Source: Bacteroidaceae bacterium
GTDB lineage: Bacteria > Bacteroidota > Bacteroidia > Bacteroidales > Bacteroidaceae
Assembly (NCBI GenBank): GCA_045645965.1
Contig: JAZRJU010000006.1
Coordinates: 2,422 to 66,421 of the forward strand
Length of the DNA stretch: 64,000 nucleotides
Direction: 5' to 3'
Part shown: positions 44,125 to 53,875 of the stretch, piece by piece
Numbering within the stretch: the first letter of the stretch is position 1
Layout of the letters: the number at the start of each line of letters is the position of its first letter
Notes under the pieces: model-generated
Databases searched by the model: none
What the model was told of the DNA's origin: nothing
The model's input: the letters and a program-made list of their open reading frames with translations, nothing else
Program-made: the position numbers and the translations under genes

Positions 44125-47010
44125 ATGAAAAGAACCTTAACTACAATGCTGGCATTGGCGATGCTGCTTCCCATGATGGCGCAAGCTGGGTTCCCCGAGG
44201 AGGGAAAGTATTATCGCCTATACAACACCGCACGCCAGCCAGGCATGCAATTGTATTGGACCTCGTCGTCCTCGCACGCTTATTCCGCCCAGTTGACGGA
44301 CGCTGACAACAGCCAGGTGTGGGAGTTTGTCCTTGCCGATGGCGCAACGGACGAGTTCAAGTACTACATCAAGAGTTATGAGACGGGCAAGTTCATGAGC
44401 AACGTAACCCCCGGCGGTCACAATGTGCCCCTGAACGAAGGACTCTCCTCGGCTGGCAAGTTTGCCATCACTAAGGTGGAAGGCGAAGACACATATACCT
44501 TCCGTACGGGCAATGCCCAAGGCAATTACCTCTTCTGCGACGGACCTGGTTCGGACGGCAACTACCGTCTGGACGGATGGAAGGCGGACGGATGTGAGAA
44601 CTTCCACTTTGAGGTTGTGGAACCACAGGTTATCACCTACAAGTATATTCTTTTCTCTGCCGGTATGCCCGACGGAGCCACCATCACCATAGACGGCAAG
44701 GACTACAAGGGCGTGAATGCCCAGGGCAATGTGGAGGTAGAGGTATCACGCAAACTCACGGATGCTGATATCACGGTTACCGTGGGCGGTGGCATGGGTT
44801 ATGAGATGTCGGTCGACAATGTGAACATGCAAATCAACGTGGACTTCCGCCAGATGTTCATCCCCGCCCTTGCCATAGACGAGGCAGAGGCCAAGGAGTA
44901 CCTCATGAAGATGCCCAAGGCCTATGTTAAGACCACGGGCAGCAACATGGGGCACACCAAGAAGAAGTCCGAGGCCGACCGTTTCCTCTTCCTTGAAGAC
45001 ACAGAGAATGTTGGTCTGTACTATATCTATGACAAGGCTTCGCAGAGTTATGTCTACTACACCCAGGCCTCCAACGGCGCCGTGGTGAAGCAGACATCGC
45101 AGAGCAACGTTAAGTTTACTGCCGACAAGTCTGGCGCCAACACATGGAAGATAGTCCTTGGCAACGACGGCGAGAGCGTTACCGTGGTGCCCGGCAGTGT
45201 GGCACGCCCCGATGGTAATTCTCCGGCATGGAACTTCACAGGTGGCATTGAGGACAACTGTGTGCTGAACCTGTGGACGGCAAGCGATGTGAACAGTGTG
45301 TGGAGCATCGTAGACCCCTCGTTGGGCACCATGGCATGCGCCACCACCATGTTTGCCCTGCCCGGTGCCGAGTATATGCACAAACTCGTGCCCAATGCCG
45401 GCGAGAGCATCATTGATGTGGACTTTGGCACCATCACCACCCTGGCCTTGAAGGAAGACCGCCTTGCCAAGGGCAATGCATATAAATACGTCTACGGACG
45501 TGCACCCATGGAGGAGGGCGAGTACACCTATTCCGTGAAGATTCAGGATGCCGAGGGCGATATTACGGAGACAAAGGTAAGCCTTACCGTTAGCACCCAC
45601 CTGCAATCGCCCACTCCCATGATGTCTTGGCTCACCTGGAACTGGTTTGATTGCAACATCTCGCACGACAAACTGATGGGCGTGCTCCGTGGCATGAAGT
45701 CCAAGGGCCTGATAGATGCCGGATACAACACCATCGTCATCGACGACGGTTGGGCCACCACACAGATGGACAAGTCCAAGCTGACATATAACCCACAGAA
45801 ATTCCCCGGCGGCATCACAGGTTTCATCCAGGACGTGAAGTCAGTGGACGAGCGCATGATTGTGGGCATATATTCCGATGCCGGCACCATGACCTGCGCA
45901 CGCATCCAGCCAGGTTCCTATGGCTACGAGCGTCCTCACATGGAGATGTGGGACAGTTGGGGCGTGGATATGCTCAAGTACGACTTCTGCAACAACGAGG
46001 ATGCCGCCTATGCCAGTTACAAGATGATGGGCAAGGTGATAGCCGATGTCAATGCCCGCCGCCAGGCAGAAGGTCGCCGTCCCTTCGTCTTCAACATCTG
46101 CGAATGGGGCACCAACCAGCCCTGGCTTTGGGGTGCCGAGGCAGGCGGCAGCAGTTGGCGTGCCACCTACGACCAGCGCGAGTGCTGGGTGGGCGAGGGT
46201 CTTCTGCCCGGTGTGCTCACTGGTCTTGACCAGGTGCGCGACCTGTGGATGTATGGCGGTGTGAACCGCTTCAACGATATGGACATGATGGTTATTGGTT
46301 TGCATGGCCGAGGCAATCCCAGCAACATGACTCCCACGCACAATGCCAACGGTGGCGTCATCCCCAGCCTTACCGACGAGCAATACCGTTCGCAGATGAG
46401 CCTTTGGTGCATGTTGTCAAGTCCCTTGGCACTGACATGCGACTTCCGCGACACTCCCGTGGCGGATGGCAATACCAGTGCCGGCACTCTGCCCAATCCC
46501 CTTATCACAAAGACCGACCTGAGCATAATGACCAACCCCGACATCATTGCTGTCAACCAGGATTCGCTTGGCCAGCAGGCAGAGTATATGGAGGCACTTT
46601 CTACGGGTACCCGTGACAATGTGGCTTCGGGTTACGACATCTACGTGAAGGACCTCTCTGGCGGACGTATGGCCGTGGCGGTGTTCAACCGTAGTTCTTC
46701 TGCCCAGAGTGTTCCTGCCCTTAACCTTGCCGACCTCTATATGGATGGCGATGCCGCCTACACCGCCAAGAACGTGTGGGAGGGCAGCACAGAGGTTGTT
46801 TCCGGTACTCTCAAGGCTGGTTCGCTGAAGGCATACCAGACAAAGGTGTACGTCCTCACCCGTCAGGGCGATGAAACAGGCATTACTGAAACGGAAAACG
46901 GAAAAGTGAAAACGGAAAACTCTCCTGTCTTCGACCTCTCTGGCCGTCGTGTGCAGAACATGCAGACGGGTGTCAACATCACCGAGGGCAAGGTGGTTGT
47001 AAAGAAGTAG
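44125..47010 (+). CDS. GH27 alpha-galactosidase/alpha-N-acetylgalactosaminidase-like protein with N-terminal accessory domains and a short T9SS-like tail
   Basis: Core MSWLTWNWFDCNIS...IVIDDGW...LKYDFCNN. Tail SPVFDLSGRRVQNMQTGVNITEGKVVVKK. Confidence 0.85.
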   Translation: MKRTLTTMLALAMLLPMMAQAGFPEEGKYYRLYNTARQPGMQLYWTSSSSHAYSAQLTDADNSQVWEFVLADGATDEFKYYIKSYETGKFMSNVTPGGHNVPLNEGLSSAGKFAITKVEGEDTYTFRTGNAQGNYLFCDGPGSDGNYRLDGWKADGCENFHFEVVEPQVITYKYILFSAGMPDGATITIDGKDYKGVNAQGNVEVEVSRKLTDADITVTVGGGMGYEMSVDNVNMQINVDFRQMFIPALAIDEAEAKEYLMKMPKAYVKTTGSNMGHTKKKSEADRFLFLEDTENVGLYYIYDKASQSYVYYTQASNGAVVKQTSQSNVKFTADKSGANTWKIVLGNDGESVTVVPGSVARPDGNSPAWNFTGGIEDNCVLNLWTASDVNSVWSIVDPSLGTMACATTMFALPGAEYMHKLVPNAGESIIDVDFGTITTLALKEDRLAKGNAYKYVYGRAPMEEGEYTYSVKIQDAEGDITETKVSLTVSTHLQSPTPMMSWLTWNWFDCNISHDKLMGVLRGMKSKGLIDAGYNTIVIDDGWATTQMDKSKLTYNPQKFPGGITGFIQDVKSVDERMIVGIYSDAGTMTCARIQPGSYGYERPHMEMWDSWGVDMLKYDFCNNEDAAYASYKMMGKVIADVNARRQAEGRRPFVFNICEWGTNQPWLWGAEAGGSSWRATYDQRECWVGEGLLPGVLTGLDQVRDLWMYGGVNRFNDMDMMVIGLHGRGNPSNMTPTHNANGGVIPSLTDEQYRSQMSLWCMLSSPLALTCDFRDTPVADGNTSAGTLPNPLITKTDLSIMTNPDIIAVNQDSLGQQAEYMEALSTGTRDNVASGYDIYVKDLSGGRMAVAVFNRSSSAQSVPALNLADLYMDGDAAYTAKNVWEGSTEVVSGTLKAGSLKAYQTKVYVLTRQGDETGITETENGKVKTENSPVFDLSGRRVQNMQTGVNITEGKVVVKK
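46889..46920 (+). repeat. RepA word embedded in-frame in the GH27 gene
   Basis: AAACGGAAAACGGAAAAGTGAAAACGGAAAAC is translated as ETENGKVKTEN, between the catalytic part and the sorting tail. Confidence 0.85.
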
Positions 47011-47020
47011 CGGCCTGTGC

Positions 47021-47060
47021 TCCTTGCCTTATAAGAGGAAATTAGAGGAAGCAAGAGGAA
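47021..47060. repeat. RepD 10-bp tandem nnAAGAGGAn x4
   Basis: ATAAGAGGAA ATTAGAGGAA GCAAGAGGAA ACAAGAGGAT. Confidence 0.85.
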
Positions 47061-47097
47061 ACAAGAGGATAATACAGAAAAAATATAAAAGGAAAAC

Positions 47098-48633
47098 ATG
47101 AAACAACTATCAGTTCTTTCCATGGCTGCTATGGCGGCCCTTTCGGCTCAGGCACAGAGCCAGCGCCCAAACATCGTCTATATCATGACGGACGACCACA
47201 CGGCTCAGGCACTTAGTGCTTACGGCAATAGTCACATTCCGACTCCCAACCTTGACCAGATTGCCAAGGAGGGTGTCCTGTTCCGCAACAGCTTTGTGGC
47301 TAACAGCCTTTCAGGTCCCAGCCGTGCTTGCATGCTCACAGGTAAGCATAGCCACATCAATGGCTTTACCAACAACGAGCATGGTATCTTTGACGGCTCC
47401 CAGCAGACAATGCCTAAACTCCTGCAGGCTTCTGGCTACCAGACAGCCCTCATCGGCAAGTGGCACTTGGTGAGCGAACCTACAGGTTTCGACCATTGGG
47501 ATATCCTCATTGGTCAGGGCGAGTACTACAACCCCGTCTTCCATCATCAGGACGGAAGCAAGTCAGTGGAGCAGGGCTATTGCACCAACGTAATCACCGA
47601 CAAGGCCATCAATTGGATGGAGCGGCGCGACAAGGAACGCCCCTTCATCCTCTTTGTGCACCACAAGGCATGCCACCGCAACTGGTTGCCCGAAATCAAG
47701 TATCTGCGCGAGTATGAGGACCAGACCTTCAAGAAGCCTGCCAACTTCTGGGATACCTACGAGGGTCGTGTTGCTGCCCAGCAACAGGAAATGGCAATTG
47801 CCTCCAACCACGATATGGACCTTGCCTATGACACCAAGGCTTATCTGCCTGGCGACCAGAGCCGTCTGTCGGGTGCTTACGTAAACTATGTGGAGCGCCT
47901 TGAACCCGAACTGAAAAAGCAGTACTGGACCTTCTACGACAGCCTCTCTTGCGACTTCAAGCGCCAGAACCTCCAGGGCAAGGACCTTGTGGAGTGGAAG
48001 TACCAGCGCTACATGCGCGACTATGCCAAGGTAACACGTACTCTGGATGACAATGTGGGTCGTCTGATGGAATACCTCCGTGAAAATGGTATGTTGGAGA
48101 ATACGCTTGTTGTATATACCTCTGATCAGGGTTTCTATATGGGCGAGCATGGTTGGTTCGACAAGCGTTTCATGTACGAGGAGAGTCTTTCTACCCCCTT
48201 GTTGATGCGTCTGCCTGATGGCTACAATCGTCGTGGTGAGATTACAGATATGGTTCAGAATATCGACTATGCACCCACATTCCTGGAGATGGCTGGTGTT
48301 AAGGTTCCTGCCGACATTCAGGGCAAGAGCCTCGTTCCCCTGCTCAAGTGTGAGAAGACCATAGGCAAGTGGCGCGATGCCATCTATTACCACTTCCACG
48401 AGTATCCCGCTGAGCATGCCGTGAAGCGTCATTATGGTGTTCGTACCGAGCGCTACAAGTTGATACACTTCTACAACGACATAGACACCTGGGAACTCTA
48501 CGACCTTCAGGAAGACCCCACAGAGATGAAGAACGTCTACGACGACCCTGCCTATGCCAAGGTTCGCAAGCAGATGCACAAGAAACTTGAACAGATGCAG
48601 AAGATGTATAAGGATCCTATTGCGATGAAGTAG
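47098..48633 (+). CDS. sulfatase (S1 family), canonical Ser-type SGPSR motif
   Basis: IMTDDH, SLSGPSRACMLTGKH, GKWH, TSDQGFYMGEHG. Confidence 0.9.
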   Translation: MKQLSVLSMAAMAALSAQAQSQRPNIVYIMTDDHTAQALSAYGNSHIPTPNLDQIAKEGVLFRNSFVANSLSGPSRACMLTGKHSHINGFTNNEHGIFDGSQQTMPKLLQASGYQTALIGKWHLVSEPTGFDHWDILIGQGEYYNPVFHHQDGSKSVEQGYCTNVITDKAINWMERRDKERPFILFVHHKACHRNWLPEIKYLREYEDQTFKKPANFWDTYEGRVAAQQQEMAIASNHDMDLAYDTKAYLPGDQSRLSGAYVNYVERLEPELKKQYWTFYDSLSCDFKRQNLQGKDLVEWKYQRYMRDYAKVTRTLDDNVGRLMEYLRENGMLENTLVVYTSDQGFYMGEHGWFDKRFMYEESLSTPLLMRLPDGYNRRGEITDMVQNIDYAPTFLEMAGVKVPADIQGKSLVPLLKCEKTIGKWRDAIYYHFHEYPAEHAVKRHYGVRTERYKLIHFYNDIDTWELYDLQEDPTEMKNVYDDPAYAKVRKQMHKKLEQMQKMYKDPIAMK

Positions 48634-48639
48634 AAGAAA

Positions 48640-48830
48640 GGACCCACCCCCAGCCCCTCCACAGGGGAGGGGAGTGGATACTACTGAGATTACAACGTCA
48701 TTCGTTTTACCAACGAAGAGGTGTTGCATGATATAGATAATGTAATAGATAAAATATCAGGAGAATTACAATGTTATGAATGATATAGTATCTACTCCCC
48801 TCCCTTGTGGAGGGGTAAGGGGGAGGGTCC
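48640..48830. repeat. RepB inverted pair bracketing the sulfatase / cobB spacer
   Basis: GGACCCACCCCCAGCCCCTCCACAGGGGAGGGGAGTGG (48640-48677) and TACTCCCCTCCCTTGTGGAGGGGTAAGGGGGAGGGTCC (48793-48830). The second lies inside the cobB 5' coding region. Confidence 0.88.
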
Positions 48831-49525
48831 GCATCATCGTCCTCACCGGTGCCGGCATGAGTGCCGAGAGCGGTATCAGCACCTTCCGAGATAGTGGAGG
48901 TCTTTGGGAACAGTACAAAGTGGAAGATGTTGCCACGCCCGAGGGGTGGGCAAGGGATCCGGAACTTGTTACTGAGTTCTACAACCTGCGCCGCCAGCAG
49001 ATGCTTGATGCACAACCATGCCTTGGACATAAGTTACTGGCAGAGTTGGAGCGTTTCCACGATGTGCAGATTATCACACAGAATGTGGACGACCTGCACG
49101 AGCGTGCTGGTAGCACCAATGTGATCCACCTGCATGGCGAGCTGATGAAGGTGACCAGTAGCGAGGCGCCCAACGCTCCCTCGCAAATCATCACCCTCAC
49201 CCCCGACAATGCCGATGTGCAGTATGGCGATGAGGCTCCCGACGGAAGTCCTCTGCGCCCCTACATCGTATGGTTTGGCGAAGAAGTTCCCAACATAGAA
49301 GTGGCGGCAGAACTTTGCATGCAAGCCGATGTACTGGTGGTCATTGGTACAAGTCTCAATGTCTATCCTGCCGCTGGTCTTACCCGTTGTGTGCCCCACG
49401 GTACGCCTATCTGGCTTATCGACCCCAAACCCGTGCAATGGAATTCCTCCAGCACCTTCCGCCACCTGCAGATGGGTGCTTCCAAAGGCGTGGCACAATT
49501 TATGAAGGAGTTGTTGGAAGGGTAA
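48776..49525 (+). CDS. cobB: NAD-dependent protein deacylase (class III sirtuin)
   Basis: GAGMSAESGISTFR, QNVDDLH, catalytic HLHGE, FYNLRR. There is no in-frame alternative start after the repeat, so codons 6-18 are repeat-derived. Confidence 0.82.
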   Translation: MNDIVSTPLPCGGVRGRVRIIVLTGAGMSAESGISTFRDSGGLWEQYKVEDVATPEGWARDPELVTEFYNLRRQQMLDAQPCLGHKLLAELERFHDVQIITQNVDDLHERAGSTNVIHLHGELMKVTSSEAPNAPSQIITLTPDNADVQYGDEAPDGSPLRPYIVWFGEEVPNIEVAAELCMQADVLVVIGTSLNVYPAAGLTRCVPHGTPIWLIDPKPVQWNSSSTFRHLQMGASKGVAQFMKELLEG

Positions 49526-49574
49526 GGATGAAAGCAGATTTGCGTATGAACTTTGATACCTCATGTGAGATAAT

Positions 49575-50579
49575 ATGATGATGCTAGGCAGACTTATAGC
49601 AATACTCCTTCTTGGTTTGAACCCTTTTTCTTCTTATGCCTCAAATGAAAGCGAGGACTTCTCCATTGTGGGTGTATGGATGCTGAAAAGCGAACTTGAC
49701 CCTGAAGGGCGTGAGTCCATATATGCCCAATATACCAGATGCAAAATATATGATGCCGATAGTACATATTACTCGGTGCAGCTTCATGCAGTTGGTGAAG
49801 ATATGATGATTATCGCACATGAGATGGGACGGTATCATCTGGATGATTCGGTATACATAGAGAACGGACGTGTGATGCCGTTTCAAGTGATTAACGACTC
49901 CACCTATATTCTCGAATTTCAGGGGTACAAAGAAACCATGGCGCGTTCCAATACAATGACGGAGGAGCGCAAGGAAGAGATACGTGAACTTGTCAGAAAA
50001 TATCCGAATGACGGAGATACTCCGGTAAAGCATTTTGTACTATCTACGGGAGAGCGTAAGCTGAAGGATATTATAAGTACATACCACTACGTTTTTATAA
50101 TATTGGTCCTTGTAGTTCTGCTCATTATTGCTATAGCCTTGAATATAGCATACCGCAAGCGTCTGGTTGAGCAGAGTCTCTCTGCTATCTTGGAAGAATT
50201 GGAATCTCGTCCTGCACCTGTGACCGACGCGATGAAACATGTGTCGGATAACTTTTTCATGTCTGACTATTATAATGCCATACGTCCGCGTTTAGAGGCA
50301 GGGGATAACCTGAGTGCAGAGGATTGGAGTGAAATGGAAAGTCAGTTGAATGCCGTCTACACAGGTTTCTCTCGTAAATTACGTTCGCTTCATCGTTTTT
50401 CGGAAGTGGAGTTTCAAGTCTGTATGCTCATAAAGCTGCGTGTTTCTAATCGGGACATTGCAATGGTGGTAAACCGTGCTCCGGATAGTGTCTCTTCCAT
50501 ACGTAGCCGTTTGCATAAGAAGGTCCTGGGGGCGGATGGTGGAGCCAAGGAATGGGATGAGTTCGTTCTGTCTCTTTAA
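49575..50579 (+). CDS. membrane-anchored regulator: signal peptide plus periplasmic domain, TM segment, C-terminal LuxR/GerE-type HTH
   Basis: TM segment YVFIILVLVVLLIIAIALNIA. C-terminus EVEFQVCMLIKLRVSNRDIAMVVNRAPDSVSSIRSRLHKK. Confidence 0.6.
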   Translation: MMMLGRLIAILLLGLNPFSSYASNESEDFSIVGVWMLKSELDPEGRESIYAQYTRCKIYDADSTYYSVQLHAVGEDMMIIAHEMGRYHLDDSVYIENGRVMPFQVINDSTYILEFQGYKETMARSNTMTEERKEEIRELVRKYPNDGDTPVKHFVLSTGERKLKDIISTYHYVFIILVLVVLLIIAIALNIAYRKRLVEQSLSAILEELESRPAPVTDAMKHVSDNFFMSDYYNAIRPRLEAGDNLSAEDWSEMESQLNAVYTGFSRKLRSLHRFSEVEFQVCMLIKLRVSNRDIAMVVNRAPDSVSSIRSRLHKKVLGADGGAKEWDEFVLSL

Positions 50580-50656
50580 AATCAGTAATATGTAATAAGG
50601 ATTGCTTTCGTGGGTGGAGGTAATCCTTATTTCATGTATAATAACGATTTAGAGCT

Positions 50657-50709
50657 ATTGCAAGGTTGTTGCAAGCATGCCATGAGTTGATAGCAAGAAC
50701 ATTGCAAGG
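50657..50709 (+). promoter_or_regulatory. four wTwGCAAGr words on an 11-bp grid (offsets 0, 11, 33, 44)
   Basis: ATTGCAAGG at 50657, GTTGCAAGC at 50668, ATAGCAAGA at 50690, ATTGCAAGG at 50701. They lie 32-84 bp upstream of the -7 box at 50741. Confidence 0.45.
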
Positions 50710-50740
50710 ATACTTTTTAGTCGGCCATGTAAAAAGTCTG

Positions 50741-50748
50741 TATTTTTG
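50741..50748 (+). promoter_or_regulatory. -7 box TATTTTTG for the TlpA-like gene
   Basis: About 64 nt upstream of the ATG at 50812. Confidence 0.55.
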
Positions 50749-50811
50749 CGCCATGAAACCAAGCGTCCTTTAATAGGCTTTCGTTATTAATAAAAACTTA
50801 TAAGGAAAAAC

Positions 50812-51750
50812 ATGAAACGTATTCTAATTATTTTTTGTTTCTTGCCCTTGCTTATCCTTGTGGCATGTGCTCCCAAAGAGAATCGTACAATCTTGAATCC
50901 TGATTACCCCCAAAAGGATGAATATTCTCAGTTGGAAGTGACCAGAGTGGATTTGACTGATACGGCAACAGTGGTACATTTGCGTATCATTAGCTCTTAT
51001 CAACCTTGGGGATTAGCCAAGGTGTGGCTTAGGTCTGAGGGTAAACAATATGCGTTTAGGTGCGGTAGGCGTATAAGTACTGATGGTGATGGAATCATTT
51101 ACACGGAAGACAGGAAACTGCCTGTTCAGACACAAAATGGTACGGAAGAATGGTTAGTTCCAATGGAGGAGCCTTTTGTAGACGGAAAGATATATATGCG
51201 TACCAGTCAGGTGGATTCCTTGGTACTCTGCTTTGAACCGTTGCCTGAAACGGCAACATCGTTTGATTTCTCCAACGACATTCAGGACATAAGCCTTATC
51301 AAATCTGCGGTTGTGGAAAACAAGGCAAGTGTTATTCCTATGCCAGATGTGACACCGGACAAGCTCTTTGAAAGTATTGTAGAGAGGTTCCCTGGCAAGG
51401 TTGTCTTTATTGACCTATGGGCAACATGGTGTGGCCCATGTGTACATCTAATCAATGCGATGGGACCTGTCAAGGAGGAACTTAAGGATGAAGACGTGGT
51501 ATTTGTATATCTTACCAACACAACCAGCCCTGAAGAGTTGTGGAAAAAGAAAATATCAGGCATGAAGGGATATCATCTGCGAATGGACAAGGAGTATTGG
51601 GACAGATTGCCTTGTATAGAGGAGCATAGTGGTATACCGCAGAGTTTTATATATGACAGGAATGGAATTTGTGTTTATCGTAGCATGGGGTTTGGTGAAC
51701 ATGTTGCCCAAGATTATAAGAATGAGATAAGGAAAGCTTTGAAAGACTAA
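50812..51750 (+). CDS. TlpA/thioredoxin-like thiol-disulfide oxidoreductase lipoprotein with an N-terminal extra domain
   Basis: Lipobox LILVAC and the active site WATWCGPC. Confidence 0.8.
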   Translation: MKRILIIFCFLPLLILVACAPKENRTILNPDYPQKDEYSQLEVTRVDLTDTATVVHLRIISSYQPWGLAKVWLRSEGKQYAFRCGRRISTDGDGIIYTEDRKLPVQTQNGTEEWLVPMEEPFVDGKIYMRTSQVDSLVLCFEPLPETATSFDFSNDIQDISLIKSAVVENKASVIPMPDVTPDKLFESIVERFPGKVVFIDLWATWCGPCVHLINAMGPVKEELKDEDVVFVYLTNTTSPEELWKKKISGMKGYHLRMDKEYWDRLPCIEEHSGIPQSFIYDRNGICVYRSMGFGEHVAQDYKNEIRKALKD

Positions 51751-52048
51751 TCAAAGTTATTACTCAATTTAGTTGAAGAAGAACCTCTAATTTCAGAACA
51801 CCTCAGTTTCATCGTAGTTTTAGTATATTGAAACTCCAGTACCAATGCACTGAAATTCCAGTGTCAGTATATTGACATTGAGTTGGTACTGTAATTAAAC
51901 ATCTGGGGGCTAATCATTGACAATTCTCTTACAGGAATAAGACAATTGAATTCTTTATAATCATCTTTGTCATCATAGCCTTTCAGATAATGAGGCATAG
52001 AGGTTTCTGCTGAGGTTAATATAAGATGGCCATAGTAACGGTAAACTT

Positions 52049-52109
52049 TTGTTGTCGTATCAACAGAACTTTGTTGATACGACAACAGGGCTTTGTTGAT
52101 ACGACAACA
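52049..52109. repeat. hairpin with a duplicated arm (TTGTTGTCGTATCAACA / TGTTGATACGACAACA x2)
   Basis: One left arm (52049-52065) can pair with either of two right arms (52072-52087, 52094-52109), 22 nt apart. Confidence 0.75.
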
Positions 52110-52165
52110 AAAAGCAATCGCTACAGGGCATGCACGAGAGTTTCTATTTTGGTATAGTGAACACC

Positions 52166-53857
52166 TTATTTCTCGTACACAAAATCATAGTTTGTGAGGC
52201 CACATTCCTTGAGCATGGCGGTGAGGCGCTTTATGTGCTCTTGGGGGGCACCATGGCAAACGTTGATGCGTATATGGTGGTCCTTCCTGTAGGAAATGTC
52301 CTTCAACAGGTTCTTGATGTTATAGGATTTCTGAGTCCATGAAATATACTCGTATTGCTTGTGGTCGAAGGTCTCCTTTATGCCTTGGCTTTGAAAGATG
52401 CTGACGCGGAACGAGGCGTCTTTGGGAGGTGTGCCAGTAAGGAGTATGGTCAGCTGAGGGTTGATGTTTCCCTTGATACTGGCAGGTATCTCAACGGGTT
52501 TGGTGATGAGGTTTATCACATCTATTTCTCCCTCTTTACTATGTTCTATTTTCTTAAGGGCTGAGGCTGGAAGATCGGGTACATGATGGAGGTCAAACTC
52601 CACTCCGTCAAGAAGCATCTTTGTTTTCTTGGCAGGAATTGCAAAAGGGTATTGTGCATTTGGTCTGTTTTCGACAAACGATTTTCCCCAAAGTTCTATC
52701 CATGCTCCTTTTGTCCATGATACCCTGAAAAAATCTCCTCGTTTTTTTATGATAGGGTGTTTCTTCTGTTCATCGGATAGAAATACTGCTTCAACCATGC
52801 GCTCCTCAAGCTTGTGATTAGCAGTGTTTTTCTCTTCTTCAAACTTGACTCTAACCGCATTGCCTTTACCAGATATGCCTTGAACAGTATCGCCATTGCT
52901 TTGTATGGTGTAATCTTCCGTCTTTGGTTTGGCAAATGCAACAACGGCTATACCCATGAATAGCGGGAGGAACAGGCCCTTGAGCATGAGCAGGCCTGAT
53001 GATTTTGTCTTTTTCATCATAATGATTCTGTCTTTTAGTGAACCGTGACTCAGGCTGTTTGTCACACTCTGCAGACGTGTTCCAAATGCCTTTATCACCA
53101 ATAATTGTTGGTATCTCGTTGCATCGATGCCTAAATCCAGTACCGCCTTGTCTGCCTCATACTCGTGCACAGCTCTGAGGTCGCGTGCCAGCATCCATAC
53201 TAGTGGGTTGAACCATTGTATGGTGCATACGGTCTCCAGCAGAAGTATGTCCCAGGAATGCCCCAGGCGGATGTGTGCCTGTTCGTGCGTGAGGATGGCG
53301 TGGCGGGAGTCTTCGTAATCCTTGGCGCTAATCACAATGTAGCGAAAGAAACTATATGGTGCGAAGTTGCCTCCGCGTATGATTATGGTGTTATCATACT
53401 TGTCCTTTGTCCTTATGCCGTGCTGCACGTCGTGCCGGAAAGCCAGTATCTGTCTGAGAATGGAGAGTACATGCCATGCAACACCAAGTAAATAGATACA
53501 ATAAGGAATTATGTGCCACGGAAATGTGGCATGGGAAGAGGGGATGTCCCCTTTTGTTATCCGTGTAGCAGAGGGATGGTGTACTTTCTCCGTGTCATTG
53601 CTGGCTTGTGAGTATGTCTCAGGAATATTCTCCCAACTATCTGCGGAAAGTATCTCGGCAGGACGATATGCCCACTCTGGCATGAAGAGCGATTTGTTCA
53701 TCCTCATCTGGCAAGCTGGCAAGAACAATGATGATACGAGTATGACAAGCAGCATGCCACGGTTGAATCTGTGGAACGTCTCACGGCTCAAGAGCACGAA
53801 GAAGCACCCATAGAGCACAGATATCAGTATAGCAGATTTCAGTAGGAAGTATATCAT
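52166..53857 (-). CDS. BlaR1/MecR1-like M56 peptidase signal transducer (non-PBP C-terminal domain)
   Basis: HEQAHIRLGHSWD (HExxH) in a multi-TM N-terminal half. The C-terminal roughly 270 aa are not penicillin-binding-like. Confidence 0.85.
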   Translation of the reverse strand: MIYFLLKSAILISVLYGCFFVLLSRETFHRFNRGMLLVILVSSLFLPACQMRMNKSLFMPEWAYRPAEILSADSWENIPETYSQASNDTEKVHHPSATRITKGDIPSSHATFPWHIIPYCIYLLGVAWHVLSILRQILAFRHDVQHGIRTKDKYDNTIIIRGGNFAPYSFFRYIVISAKDYEDSRHAILTHEQAHIRLGHSWDILLLETVCTIQWFNPLVWMLARDLRAVHEYEADKAVLDLGIDATRYQQLLVIKAFGTRLQSVTNSLSHGSLKDRIIMMKKTKSSGLLMLKGLFLPLFMGIAVVAFAKPKTEDYTIQSNGDTVQGISGKGNAVRVKFEEEKNTANHKLEERMVEAVFLSDEQKKHPIIKKRGDFFRVSWTKGAWIELWGKSFVENRPNAQYPFAIPAKKTKMLLDGVEFDLHHVPDLPASALKKIEHSKEGEIDVINLITKPVEIPASIKGNINPQLTILLTGTPPKDASFRVSIFQSQGIKETFDHKQYEYISWTQKSYNIKNLLKDISYRKDHHIRINVCHGAPQEHIKRLTAMLKECGLTNYDFVYEK

Positions 53858-53875
53858 AAGCCAACATGTTGTATT

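Noticed and set aside
48776-49525. SIR2-domain defence effector (Thoeris/DSR-like).
   Set aside because: The protein is short (249 aa) with the full housekeeping CobB/class III motif set and no partner sensor gene. It reads as a metabolic deacylase. Its missing Zn cysteines are reported separately.
51864-52085. 73-aa ORF in the AT-rich gap between the TlpA-like and BlaR1 genes.
   Set aside because: It has no promoter box, no recognisable motif, and overlaps repeat/hairpin sequence. It could be a gene remnant, but I cannot support it as a CDS.
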